DNA of 64,000 nt from Deltaproteobacteria bacterium (GTDB lineage: Bacteria; Desulfobacterota; Binatia; UBA9968), in assembly GCA_009692615.1 (NCBI GenBank), contig SHYW01000004.1, positions 8,273 to 72,272 of the forward strand, given 5' to 3'. The first letter of the stretch is position 1, and the number at the start of each line of letters is the position of its first letter. A program made the translations under genes and the position numbers. Below are positions 54,484 through 63,824 of this stretch, piece after piece. The notes beneath the pieces are model-generated. The model was not told where the DNA came from and ran no database searches. It saw only the letters and a list, made by a program, of their open reading frames with translations.

Positions 54484-55479
54484 TTGTTTGCACGAGCTTT
54501 GACAATCGTTTTAATTCTAGCTTTCTCCGTCCTCGGACTAGGCCGCGCAGAAGCCCAGCGCCTGCGCGCCGCCAGCGGCGGGCTTTCGGTGATCCATTCG
54601 CTGCTCTGGGTCACCTACGACCAGAAGCTTTTGAAAAAGTACGGATTCGATTTGGAATACATCGCCATCGAGAACGGCACGGTGGGCATGCAGGCATTGA
54701 TTGCCAACGAAGCGCAGTTTCTTTTTTCCACCTCGTCCCTCGCCGTGAGCGCCAACCTACGAGGCTCGGACATCGCCGTGGTCGGCGGCGGATTGAACTT
54801 CATTCCCGACAAACTGATCGTCCGACCGGAGATCAAGCAGCCGGAAGATCTCGCCGGCAAACGTTTGGCGATCAGCCGCTTCGGCTCGTCGTCCGAAGTC
54901 AGCGCCAAGCTCACGCTGGAAAAAGTCGGCGTCAAACCGGAAAGTGTTTCGTTGATTCAGCTAGGCGGCGTTTCCACGCGCCAAGCGGCATTGATGGCCG
55001 GCCAAGTCCAAGCGACGATTTTGAGCGATCCCCAGGCGACGGCGGCGGTCAATGCCGGCATGAAACTTTGGGTCGACTTATCCGAGAGCAAATGGGGCCT
55101 GCCGCGCTTTTGCTTCAACTGCTTCATGGCGAAGCGGAGCTTTCTCGAATCGAATCGCGCCGCCGCCATCGGCTTTCTCAAGGCGGTGATCGAAGGACTC
55201 TATCTGCTTAAAAAAGACAAACCTCTCGGCGTACGGCTGATCAAGAAATATTTGCGTCTGAACGACGAAGCGGCGTCCATCGGTTACGACTTCTATATCG
55301 CCAAACATGGCGAAGGTCTGCTCAGTCTGCCGGAGCGCAAGGGAATGGAATTTGTCATCGCCGAAACCGCCAAAACCAATCCCGCCGCGGCCAAGGCGAC
55401 GCCGGAAAGTCAGCGCCTGGTGGAAGGAAGCTTGCTAGATGAGATTAAAGCCAGCGGCTTTGTCGAGCGCTTCAAGTAA
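54484..55479 (+). CDS. ABC transporter substrate-binding protein, NMT1/THI5-like
   Basis: A signal peptide, then the typical NMT1 layout with a DLAGKRLAISRFGS motif. Confidence 0.8.
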   Translation: MFARALTIVLILAFSVLGLGRAEAQRLRAASGGLSVIHSLLWVTYDQKLLKKYGFDLEYIAIENGTVGMQALIANEAQFLFSTSSLAVSANLRGSDIAVVGGGLNFIPDKLIVRPEIKQPEDLAGKRLAISRFGSSSEVSAKLTLEKVGVKPESVSLIQLGGVSTRQAALMAGQVQATILSDPQATAAVNAGMKLWVDLSESKWGLPRFCFNCFMAKRSFLESNRAAAIGFLKAVIEGLYLLKKDKPLGVRLIKKYLRLNDEAASIGYDFYIAKHGEGLLSLPERKGMEFVIAETAKTNPAAAKATPESQRLVEGSLLDEIKASGFVERFK

Positions 55480-55588
55480 TCGATCCAAGCGAAAAGCAGA
55501 TGGCAAATCACCGACTCTTTCACCCAGCGATCCCTACAAATAGAGAAGTCTGCGCGCCATTGTCGGTAGAACCAAGAAAGGTGGGCGC

Positions 55589-56902
55589 ATGCAGTTGAAT
55601 CGAGAATCGCTCAAAGATATCTTGATCACCGTCGTCCTGCCGCTGCTCGCGGTGACCGGCGCATTCTGGGTCGCCGCCAAATTCGTCAAGCCCGCGCCGC
55701 CCGATAGTTTTGTTATGACTACCGGTGCCGATGGCGGCGCTTATCATCTGTTCGCGCAACGCTACCGCGACATTCTCAAACGGGAAAAGATCACGGTTAC
55801 GCTGAAACCGTCGGCGGGCTCCATCGACAATTTGCAGCGCTTACAGAAGAGCGACAGCGGTTTTGACGTTGGCTTGATTCAGGCCGGCGTCGTTCTCGGT
55901 GAACCGCCCGCGGGCCTGCGTTCCCTCGGCGCGGTGGCTTACGAACCGTTGTGGATTTTTTATCGCGGCAAAGAAGACCTCGACAAACTGAGTCAGCTCG
56001 CCGGCAAGCGCGTCGCCGTCGGCGCCGAAGGCAGCGGCACCCGCGCCCTCGCGCTGCAATTATTAAAAATTAGCGGCATCGACGGCTCGACCAGCGAACT
56101 GTTACCGATTGGCGGCAATGAAGCGGTAAGCGCGCTCATCGAAGAATCGGTCGACGCCGCGCTGTTGGTCGCGTCAGCCGACGCGCCCACAGTGCAAACC
56201 TTGGCCAAAGCCAAAGACATCAAGCTGGCAAATTTAATCCAGGCCGAAGCGTTCACGCGCCGCTTCCCTTATCTGACCTCCATGCAGTTGCCGCGCGGAG
56301 CCGTCGACATCGCCGCCGACTTGCCGGCGCGCGACGTCACCTTGATCGCCACCACCGCCAACTTGATCGTCAAAGAAGATTTTCACCCGGCGTTGGGCTA
56401 CTTGCTGCTGCAAGCCGCCAGCGAAGTCCACGGCCGCTCCGGCATGCTGCAAAAGGCCGGCGACTTTCCCGCCGCCAAGGAAATTGAATTCGTTCTCGCC
56501 GACGAAGCCAAGCGCTTTTACAAAACCGGCACGCCGTTCTTGCAGCGCTACTTGCCCTTCTGGGTGGCGAATTTAATCGAACGCATGGCAGTGTTGTTGC
56601 TGCCGCTGGTCGCCGTGCTCTTGCCGCTGTTTAAAATTCTGCCGGCGCTGATCCAATGGCGCAACAAATCGCGCCTGTTCAAATGGTACGGCGAGTTGAA
56701 ATATTTGGAAGCCCAGGCCGCGGCCGACCCCGAGGTCGCGCAACTCGGCAACTATCTCCATCGTCTCGACGATATCGAAATCGGCATCAACAATACCCGG
56801 GTGAGCGCAAACTATTCCGACTACGTTTACAACCTGCGTCTCCATGTCAACCTCGTGCGTGATCGGCTGCACAGGATTACCCAACAAAGCCAAACCGGCT
56901 AG
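55589..56902 (+). CDS. TAXI-family TRAP-type solute-binding-like protein with a C-terminal membrane extension
   Basis: The N-terminal signal anchor plus GADGGAYHLFAQRY... matches the TIGR02122 TAXI receptor fold. The last ~120 aa contain a strongly hydrophobic segment (FWVANLIERMAVLLLPLVAVLLPLFKILPALIQW). Confidence 0.6.
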   Translation: MQLNRESLKDILITVVLPLLAVTGAFWVAAKFVKPAPPDSFVMTTGADGGAYHLFAQRYRDILKREKITVTLKPSAGSIDNLQRLQKSDSGFDVGLIQAGVVLGEPPAGLRSLGAVAYEPLWIFYRGKEDLDKLSQLAGKRVAVGAEGSGTRALALQLLKISGIDGSTSELLPIGGNEAVSALIEESVDAALLVASADAPTVQTLAKAKDIKLANLIQAEAFTRRFPYLTSMQLPRGAVDIAADLPARDVTLIATTANLIVKEDFHPALGYLLLQAASEVHGRSGMLQKAGDFPAAKEIEFVLADEAKRFYKTGTPFLQRYLPFWVANLIERMAVLLLPLVAVLLPLFKILPALIQWRNKSRLFKWYGELKYLEAQAAADPEVAQLGNYLHRLDDIEIGINNTRVSANYSDYVYNLRLHVNLVRDRLHRITQQSQTG

Positions 56903-56915
56903 GGAGAAATACGCC

Positions 56916-57395
56916 ATGATCAAAGGACTGCATCACAGCGCCTACCGTTGCCGCGACTCGGAACAGACGCGCAAGTTCTACGAAGATTTTCTCGGCTTGA
57001 AATTGGTCGGGTCCCTGGCGATCAAAGACCGGCCGAAACTTGCCAAGAGCAACGTGCTGCACACCTTCTTTCAGATGGACGACGGATCGTGCTTGGCATT
57101 TTTCGAAGCTCTGGACATGCCCTTCGAGTTCAAAGCGCAACAAGATTTCGACTTGCACATCGCCTTGGAAGTCGACGAACCGACGCTGCACGCGATGTTC
57201 GCCAAGGGAAAAGAACAGGGCATCGATACCCGCGGCATCGCCGACCACGGCATGGTGCACTCGATTTACTTCCGCGATCCCAACGGCTACGTCGTCGAGC
57301 TAACGACAAAAATGCCAAGCCACGACGAAGCGATGAATCCGGCAACGAACAAGGCCCGCGCGATCCTCGACGACTGGCAGCAAATGAAAGCGTAA
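56916..57395 (+). CDS. VOC family protein (glyoxalase/extradiol dioxygenase fold)
   Basis: MIKGLHHSAYRCRDSEQTRKFYEDFLGL. It has an agggaga RBS. The start was trimmed to 56916. Confidence 0.8.
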   Translation: MIKGLHHSAYRCRDSEQTRKFYEDFLGLKLVGSLAIKDRPKLAKSNVLHTFFQMDDGSCLAFFEALDMPFEFKAQQDFDLHIALEVDEPTLHAMFAKGKEQGIDTRGIADHGMVHSIYFRDPNGYVVELTTKMPSHDEAMNPATNKARAILDDWQQMKA

Positions 57396-57405
57396 AGCGG
57401 TATAG

Positions 57406-57491
57406 CATTCGAATTCTGCTTTTGCGTCCCTTTGCGTTCTTTGCGGCCAATCCTCCGATTCCGGTAGGGGACGGTCGCGACCGTCCCCTAC
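57406..57491. repeat. Composite repeat: ttttgcgtccctttgcgttctttgcgg motif plus a perfect hairpin gtaggggacggtcgcgaccgtcccctac
   Basis: The first motif is shared with 1938-1965 and 47538-47560. The hairpin is related to the 'tgtagggg...' family. Confidence 0.65.
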
Positions 57492-57502
57492 ATCGAAGCA
57501 AC

Positions 57503-58719
57503 CTATTCCGCCAAACGCTTAAGGCGCGCGCCGAGGAAGATGTAACCGACCAGCGCCAAGACGATCGCACCCGCGGCGATGGCGATGGGCGCGCTGGTCC
57601 ATTCGGCGACGAATCCTGCTTGCATGCCGCCCAACTCGCGCAAGCCGCCGCCGGTGAGACCGTAAAATCCCGACACTCGCCCACGATACGATTCCTCGAC
57701 GCGTAACTGAATCGATGTATTGAGCAAGGTTTCGAACACCGTGCTGAGCGCGCCGACGACGACCAACGTGGCAAACGCAAGCCAAGCAACCGTGTTAAGC
57801 GCGAAGAAGCACAGGCAGATCGAAAACGCCAACAACAGCGCAACCAAGATCGGTCGGCGTGATCGCACGCGGCCGACTGACGCCAAGGTCAATGAACCGA
57901 TGATCGTGCCAAGGCCGGGACCGGCGGAGATGAAACCGAATCCCGACGCGCCGACGTGCAGAACTTCCTTGGCGACCACCGGCAGCAAAGTAATGTAGGA
58001 GCGGCCAAAAATATTGAACAGCGCCGATACCGAGAGAAAAGTCATGATGATGCGCTCGCCGCGCACGTAGGTAAACGCCGGCTCAAACTCTCCAACACGC
58101 TGGACTTCGGCGCCTCGACATTTTTCGGGACATGCATGCGCAGCAGCGCGCCGATGACCGCGAGATAGCTGATAACGTTGGCGTAGAAACAGCCGTCGAT
58201 GCCGATGTAAGCGACGGAAACGCCGACCAGACTCGGACCGATCAATCCCGCGCCGTTCCAAGTGAGTGCGTTTAAAGCGATGGCATTGACCAACACGTCG
58301 CGATCGACCAACTGCGGCAGCAGCGCTTGGCGCACCGGCTGTTCGAAGGCCCAGGTCGTCGAAGTGATCGCGCCAAGCACGAAGATATGCCAGACGCGGA
58401 TCGAATCGGTCGAGATCAGCAGCGCCAACACCAGCGCGGTCAGCGCGGCGATGATTTGAATCGCCAGCAACACCTTGCGCCGGTCGATACGATCGGACAT
58501 GACGCCGCCGAGAATAAAAAAGCTCAGCAGCAAGACCATGCGCAGCGAACTGAACAGACCAAGATAAAGCGGCGACGCGGTGAGATCGAAGAGCAGCCAG
58601 CCCATGGCGATGCTCTGCATCCATGAGCCGACGTTGGAGACGAAGTAGCTCGACCAAAACCAAAAATAGTTGGGATAACTGAGTGCGCGAAAGGCGCCGG
58701 AGCTGCGATCGAATTTCAA
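57503..58719 (-). pseudogene. MFS transporter (EntS/YbdA-like) split by a single frameshift near 58070-58085
   Basis: The N-terminal 6-TM half (58719→~58080, ...RMHVPKNVEAPKSSVLES) and the C-terminal 6-TM half (~58075→57503, FTYVRGERIIMTFLSV...) are in different frames. Joined, they give the expected LEGxxYVRxxR inter-domain loop. Confidence 0.65.
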
Positions 58720-58782
58720 ATCATTGCCAGATCAAGTGGATTGTTTAAGTGAAAGCCCGGAACATCGAACTCGATACACGCG

Positions 58783-59757
58783 TCACGGAACCTTGTAGCC
58801 CAACTCCTTCGCCACTTCTCGGGCGATGCGGTCGTCGGCGATCTCGTCGAAGGCGACCTTGCGATCGGTGAATTGACCGGCGGCTTGGAGCGACTTCATA
58901 ATCAAGTCCATCCCCTCGTGCGTCGGCACGCCGCTACCGCTGACGGTCTTTTTAAGAGCGTCGTAAGTGTCCTCCGCCGCCTCTTTATCGACCTGCAAGT
59001 ATTTCAACATCAGCGCCGTGGCTTTTTCCTTGGAGCGCAGCACTTCTTGCTTGGCCAATTGCAGCGAGCGCAGCACGCGCTTTACTTCGTCGGGACGGTT
59101 GCGGAGCGTCGACACCATGGTGGTCAAGCCGCCCAGCGGCATTTTTACTTTCGAGCCGACATCGAGCACTTCGCGAAAACGTTTCTTCTTAGCGTAAAAA
59201 TCGAAGGGCGGGCTGAACATCGCCGCCTCGACAGTGCCGGTTTCCAACGCCGGCAGCATCTGCGCCGCACCGAGCACGACGTAAACGAAATTCTTCGGAT
59301 TCTCCCCGGCGGCTTCGAGGGCGATCTGCAGGGCGACATGTGACGTGCCGCCGAGCCCCGTGATACCGATTTTCTTGCCGCGCAGATCGCGCAGATTCGG
59401 TATCTCGGGGCGGGCCATCAGGGAATAAATCAACTGGTCCGAGGCAAACCACACGCCGCGCGACTGCATGCCGCGCAAAGTGGCGGTTACGGAAGCCGGC
59501 CCGACGCCGGTGAAATATTGAATCTCGTTGGCCATCATCGCCATATTGCCGATCTGCGAACGGATCTGCACGATCTCGACATGCAACCCGTTCTCCTCGA
59601 AAATCTTCCATTGAATTCCGCCGTACAAAGCCAAACAGCAAATACCGCCGCTCGGATAGGCGACACGGATTTTACGCAGCTCCTGCGCGCTCGCCGCCGC
59701 GGCGAACCCGCCAAGCAAGGCGATGACGATCGCCCGACGAAACAATTTTCTGTGCAT
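58783..59757 (-). CDS. ABC transporter substrate-binding protein, NMT1/THI5-like
   Basis: A signal peptide, then the NMT1-like fold with DLRGKKIGITGLGGTSH. Confidence 0.8.
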   Translation of the reverse strand: MHRKLFRRAIVIALLGGFAAAASAQELRKIRVAYPSGGICCLALYGGIQWKIFEENGLHVEIVQIRSQIGNMAMMANEIQYFTGVGPASVTATLRGMQSRGVWFASDQLIYSLMARPEIPNLRDLRGKKIGITGLGGTSHVALQIALEAAGENPKNFVYVVLGAAQMLPALETGTVEAAMFSPPFDFYAKKKRFREVLDVGSKVKMPLGGLTTMVSTLRNRPDEVKRVLRSLQLAKQEVLRSKEKATALMLKYLQVDKEAAEDTYDALKKTVSGSGVPTHEGMDLIMKSLQAAGQFTDRKVAFDEIADDRIAREVAKELGYKVP

Positions 59758-59854
59758 AGTGCGCTCCCTGCCTCCGGTTTATGCCATCGTTGTAAGTCCG
59801 TCAAATGATCCGCCTTTGGGGTGTGTTTCATTTTGTTTTTAACATCGCATCTCA

Positions 59855-59918
59855 CTGTAGGGGCCGACCTGCGTGTCGGCCCTCTGAACGGGCGGACACA
59901 TAGGTCCGCCTCTACAAA
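59855..59918. repeat. double hairpin repeat ctgtaggggccgacctgcgtgtcggccc + gggcggacacataggtccgcc
   Basis: The first hairpin is near-identical to 9395-9428. Confidence 0.65.
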
Positions 59919-59993
59919 TTCAGGCGAAACTGAATCACTACCCGCCTTTGGCATTAGTTGACAGTCTCCTCACGCCCATGTTTAGTGACCGTC

Positions 59994-60944
59994 ATGCGCA
60001 GCAAGATTTTCTTTCTGGCCCTGCTCCTGCTCTTTGACAGTTCCCCAGCGTTCGCCCAACTGAAAAAAGTTCGCTTCTCGGTGAGCGCCGCATCCATCGC
60101 CGAACTGCCCTTTCGCATCGCCCATGTCAAAGGCTTCTATCGCGAAGAAGGGCTCGACGTCGAAGTGATCTTCATTCGCGGCGCGGTGGGCATGCAGGCG
60201 TTGCTCGGCGGCTCGGTGGATTTCACCTCGGCGTCGGGCTCGACCATCGCGGCGGCTGTGCGCGGTATCCCAGTGAAATTAGTTTTCATCGCCTCGGCCA
60301 AACCGCAGTTCGACATGGTCGCGCAAAAAGAGATTCGCTCGATGAACGACCTCAAAGGCAAATTCGTCGGCATCTCGTCGCGCGGCGGCGCCATCGATTT
60401 GCTTACTCAACTGATGGTCCAGAAACATGGCTTAACGCCGAACAAAGACGTCACCAGCCTGGTCATCGGCGGGCAAGAAGACACGGTGCTGGCGCTGCGC
60501 GCCGGCCGCATCGCCGCGGCGTTATTGACTCCGCCCCGGCCGTTGATATTGCAGCGCGAAGGTTTTAACCGCATCGGCTATTCCGGCGACTACATGCCGA
60601 CCTACCCGAGCGGCGGCATCGGCGTCACCGATGAGACGATCAAGAGCAAAACGCCGGAACTGCAAGCCTTCGTCAAAGCCAGCGTGCGCGGCTTGCAATA
60701 CGCCCGGCAAAATCGCGCCGACGCGAAAAAGCTCGTCGCCGATTATTTCGCCATCAAAGACGCCGCCCTGGCCGAGCAATTTTTCGACTTGTACTTGAGC
60801 CGCCTGCCGGTGAACGGTTCCGCCGACGAAGCCTGGATGAAAGGCGCCATCGAGTTCACTCAAAAGAGTTTAGGCGACGCATCCAAGGAAGCGAGCATGA
60901 GTCAAGTTTTCGATTTCAGTTTCGTGAATCGTGCGGTGCGATAA
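59994..60944 (+). CDS. ABC transporter substrate-binding protein, NMT1/THI5-like
   Basis: Signal peptide MRSKIFFLALLLLFDSSPAFA and a DLKGKFVGISSRGG motif. Confidence 0.8.
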   Translation: MRSKIFFLALLLLFDSSPAFAQLKKVRFSVSAASIAELPFRIAHVKGFYREEGLDVEVIFIRGAVGMQALLGGSVDFTSASGSTIAAAVRGIPVKLVFIASAKPQFDMVAQKEIRSMNDLKGKFVGISSRGGAIDLLTQLMVQKHGLTPNKDVTSLVIGGQEDTVLALRAGRIAAALLTPPRPLILQREGFNRIGYSGDYMPTYPSGGIGVTDETIKSKTPELQAFVKASVRGLQYARQNRADAKKLVADYFAIKDAALAEQFFDLYLSRLPVNGSADEAWMKGAIEFTQKSLGDASKEASMSQVFDFSFVNRAVR

Positions 60945-60950
60945 AGATTG

Positions 60951-61032
60951 CCCTCTCCCATCGGAATGGGCGAGGGAGTCGGAATCGATTTTGTTCCCTC
61001 GACCGCAACGCGGGAGAGGGTTAGGGTGAGGG
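60951..61032. repeat. ~82-bp palindromic REP/BIME-like element (ccctctcccatcggaatgggcgaggg ... cgggagagggttagggtgaggg)
   Basis: Same family as 15525 and 48647. Confidence 0.7.
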
Positions 61033-61054
61033 CAGCAAAATAAAGATTCTGAGT

Positions 61055-62674
61055 ATGCCAACCAGCCCCACACACACTCCCGTTCTCATCGCCGGCGCCG
61101 GCCCAGTTGGTCTCGCCCTCGCCAGTGAACTCGCTTATCGAAATATTCGCTGCTTAGTCGTCGAACAAACCGACGGCAGCGTCGACTTTCCGACGACCAA
61201 CTTGGCCAACACCCGCACCGTCGAACACCTGCGCCGCTGGGGCCTCGCCGATCGTATGCGCTACCAATCCGGCTATCCCACCGACTATCCGCGCAATTAT
61301 TTATTCGTCACGCGCATGGATGGCCATCTGATCGCCCGCTTCGATCATCCGGCCAACGGCGCGCCCGACGCGCGTTCGCCCTACAGCCCCGAAGGCCGGT
61401 TGTGGATTTCCAAACCCTACTTCGATCCGGTTTTGCGCGCCCATGTCGCGACGCTGCCGCAGGTCGAAGTGCGCTACGAGACTTCGTTCGAATCGTTTCA
61501 GCAAAACGACAACGGCGTCAGTGCCAAAGTCCTCGACAAAAAAACCGGTAGGAGCGAAATCATCGAAGCCGATTATCTCGTCGGCTGCGACGGCGGCCGG
61601 AGCAACATTCGCCGCGCCATCGAGATAAAATACGCCGGAGTTTTTTCCCAAGGCATGAACGTCGCCGTGCTGTTTCGCTCGCCGTTGTTGAAATTAATTA
61701 CCCACGGCCCGGCGGTGCAGTATCAAATCATCAACGCCCAGTTGAACGGCGCCATCGCCGCCGTCGACGGCAAAGAACTTTGGCGTTTGAACATCCGCAA
61801 CGTCAAACAAGAGCAGATCGATGGCTTGAACGCGCCGGAAAAACTGAGCTTCGCCCTCGGGCCGGACATTCCGTTTGAGTTGCTCGCCGTGCGCCCCTGG
61901 ACCGGCCACTGCGTGGTCGCCGACAGTTACCAAAAAGGCCGAGTCTTTCTCGCCGGCGACGCGGCGCATTTGAACTGGCCCGCCGGCGGCTTCGGCATGA
62001 ACACCGGCGTCGGCGACGCCGTCGACATCGGCTGGAAGCTCGCCGCCGTGCTCCAAGGCTGGGGCGGCGCGAATTTGTTAAATAGCTACACCGCGGAAAG
62101 AAAACCCATCGCCATGATCAACGTCAACGAAGCCGCCGAAATGCGCGCCAGCTTCGACAACCAAACGCCCTTCGCGCCGCAAATCGGCGACGACAGCGAC
62201 GAAGGTCAAGCGCTGCGCGAAAAAGCCCGCGCCGCGATCATGCGCACCCGGGCGAAAGAATTTCAGCACGACTCGGTCGGCATCGAACTCGGCTACCGCT
62301 ACGAGAACTCACCGATCTGCGTCGCCGACGGCACGCCCGCGCCGGAACTCGACCACGGCCTCTACGTCGCATCAACTTGGCCCGGCGCCCGCGCGCCCCA
62401 CGTCCAACTAAAAGACGGCCGCTCGACGCTAGATCTTTATGGCAAAACTTTTGTTCTGTTGAATTTCTCCGCCACGAACACGACCACGATCACGAACAGC
62501 GCCAAGCAAGTCGGCTTGCCGCTGGAAGTAATAGCCATCGATGAACCGACGGTACGCGAAATCTACGAACACGATTTAGTCCTAGTCCGCCCCGACGGCC
62601 ACGTCGCCTGGCGAGGCAATTCAATTCTAGCGAACCTCACCAAAATCATCGACAAAGTCCGCGGCGTAATATGA
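61055..62674 (+). CDS. FAD-dependent aromatic-ring monooxygenase (PheA/TfdB/UbiH-like hydroxylase)
   Basis: VLIAGAGPVGLALASELAYRNIRCLVVEQ is the GxGxxG FAD site. It also has DG motifs, GDAAH, and a C-terminal thioredoxin-like domain. Confidence 0.9.
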   Translation: MPTSPTHTPVLIAGAGPVGLALASELAYRNIRCLVVEQTDGSVDFPTTNLANTRTVEHLRRWGLADRMRYQSGYPTDYPRNYLFVTRMDGHLIARFDHPANGAPDARSPYSPEGRLWISKPYFDPVLRAHVATLPQVEVRYETSFESFQQNDNGVSAKVLDKKTGRSEIIEADYLVGCDGGRSNIRRAIEIKYAGVFSQGMNVAVLFRSPLLKLITHGPAVQYQIINAQLNGAIAAVDGKELWRLNIRNVKQEQIDGLNAPEKLSFALGPDIPFELLAVRPWTGHCVVADSYQKGRVFLAGDAAHLNWPAGGFGMNTGVGDAVDIGWKLAAVLQGWGGANLLNSYTAERKPIAMINVNEAAEMRASFDNQTPFAPQIGDDSDEGQALREKARAAIMRTRAKEFQHDSVGIELGYRYENSPICVADGTPAPELDHGLYVASTWPGARAPHVQLKDGRSTLDLYGKTFVLLNFSATNTTTITNSAKQVGLPLEVIAIDEPTVREIYEHDLVLVRPDGHVAWRGNSILANLTKIIDKVRGVI

Positions 62675-62708
62675 GCGTCATAGTTTTCATCCTAATCCGA
62701 TCCGACGT

Positions 62709-62808
62709 CCTTCCCCTTGACGGGGAAGGAATGAGCAAGGGGTGCGCAAAATATTTTAATAGCTTGCGCAGCACCCCTATCCTAACCTTCCACCGTCGAG
62801 GGGGAAGG
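62709..62808. repeat. ~100-bp palindromic element (ccttccccttgacggggaagg ... ccttccaccgtcgagggggaagg)
   Basis: Terminal hairpins in inverted orientation around a palindromic core (gcgcaaaatattttaatagcttgcgc). Related to 27597-27687. Confidence 0.7.
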
Positions 62809-62825
62809 AATAAGATTCGAAATCA

Positions 62826-63824
62826 ATGAACAAACATATTCAAAACTTTTTACGGATCACGCTACTGCTCGGCGCCTTCGCATCTTCAACACACGCGGCG
62901 ACAAAAGTTTCTTTCCCCTTTACACCCATCAGCGCCGCCAGTTTGCCCTGGTGGATGGCCAAGGAATCGCACTTCTACGAAAAATACGGCCTCGACGTGG
63001 ACATGATCTACGTCGGCGCGTCGCCGGTGATCATCCAAGCGATGCTCGGCGGCCAAGCCTTCATCGGCGCCGGCGGCGGACCGCCGTTGGTCGGCAATGT
63101 TTTGCAAGGCGGCGACATCGTCCAGGTCGCCACCACCGTGCCCTACGCGATTCAATCGCTGATCGTCAAAGCGGAAATCAAAACGCCCACCGATTTGGCC
63201 GGTAAACGAATCGCCATCAGCCGCCTCGGCGCGATTCCCCATTTCACGCTCCAAGCGATCGTCAAAATGCACAACGTTCAAGGTATCAACATCGTACAAA
63301 CCGGCACGACCACGCAGGCGATCGCGAGTTTGTCCCAAGGCCTGGTCGACGGCATGATCACCTCGGCGCCGTTCACGTTTCGCATGATGAAAGATGGCTA
63401 TAGAGAACTGGTCGGACCAAAAGATTTCAAAAAAGCCGGCGTGGAATTTTTGATCCAAGGATTGGTCGCGCGCAAATCCATCGCCGCGAAAAACCGTGAA
63501 GCGACCGTCGCCATGATCAAAGCGACCATGGAAGGAATCAAACAAATCTTCGTCAACGAGAAGCTGACCAAGTCCGTGCTCGCCAAATACACCCGCCAAA
63601 CCGACCCAGAAATCCTCGATCAAACCTACAAATTCGCCCTCGATATTTTCGTCAAAGACCCAACCGTCACGCCCAGCTCGATCCAACCGATCGTGCAGCA
63701 GTCCGCGCAGTTCAACCTCGTCGACGCCAAAGCAGCCAACAGCACGCCGCTGAGCGCCTACTACGACAACGGCTATATCGAAGAGATAAAACGGAGCGGA
63801 TGGTTGGCGGAATTGTGGCGGTGA
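62826..63824 (+). CDS. ABC transporter substrate-binding protein, NMT1/THI5-like
   Basis: Signal peptide; DLAGKRIAISRLGA motif. Fifth NMT1-like paralog in the window. Confidence 0.8.
   Translation: MNKHIQNFLRITLLLGAFASSTHAATKVSFPFTPISAASLPWWMAKESHFYEKYGLDVDMIYVGASPVIIQAMLGGQAFIGAGGGPPLVGNVLQGGDIVQVATTVPYAIQSLIVKAEIKTPTDLAGKRIAISRLGAIPHFTLQAIVKMHNVQGINIVQTGTTTQAIASLSQGLVDGMITSAPFTFRMMKDGYRELVGPKDFKKAGVEFLIQGLVARKSIAAKNREATVAMIKATMEGIKQIFVNEKLTKSVLAKYTRQTDPEILDQTYKFALDIFVKDPTVTPSSIQPIVQQSAQFNLVDAKAANSTPLSAYYDNGYIEEIKRSGWLAELWR

Noticed and set aside
57503-58719. Two overlapping ORFs (57503-58663 and 58042-58719) as separate genes
   Set aside because: They are the C- and N-terminal halves of a single 12-TM MFS transporter separated by a 1-nt frameshift. 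Neither half is a plausible protein on its own. The pair is reported as one frameshifted gene.
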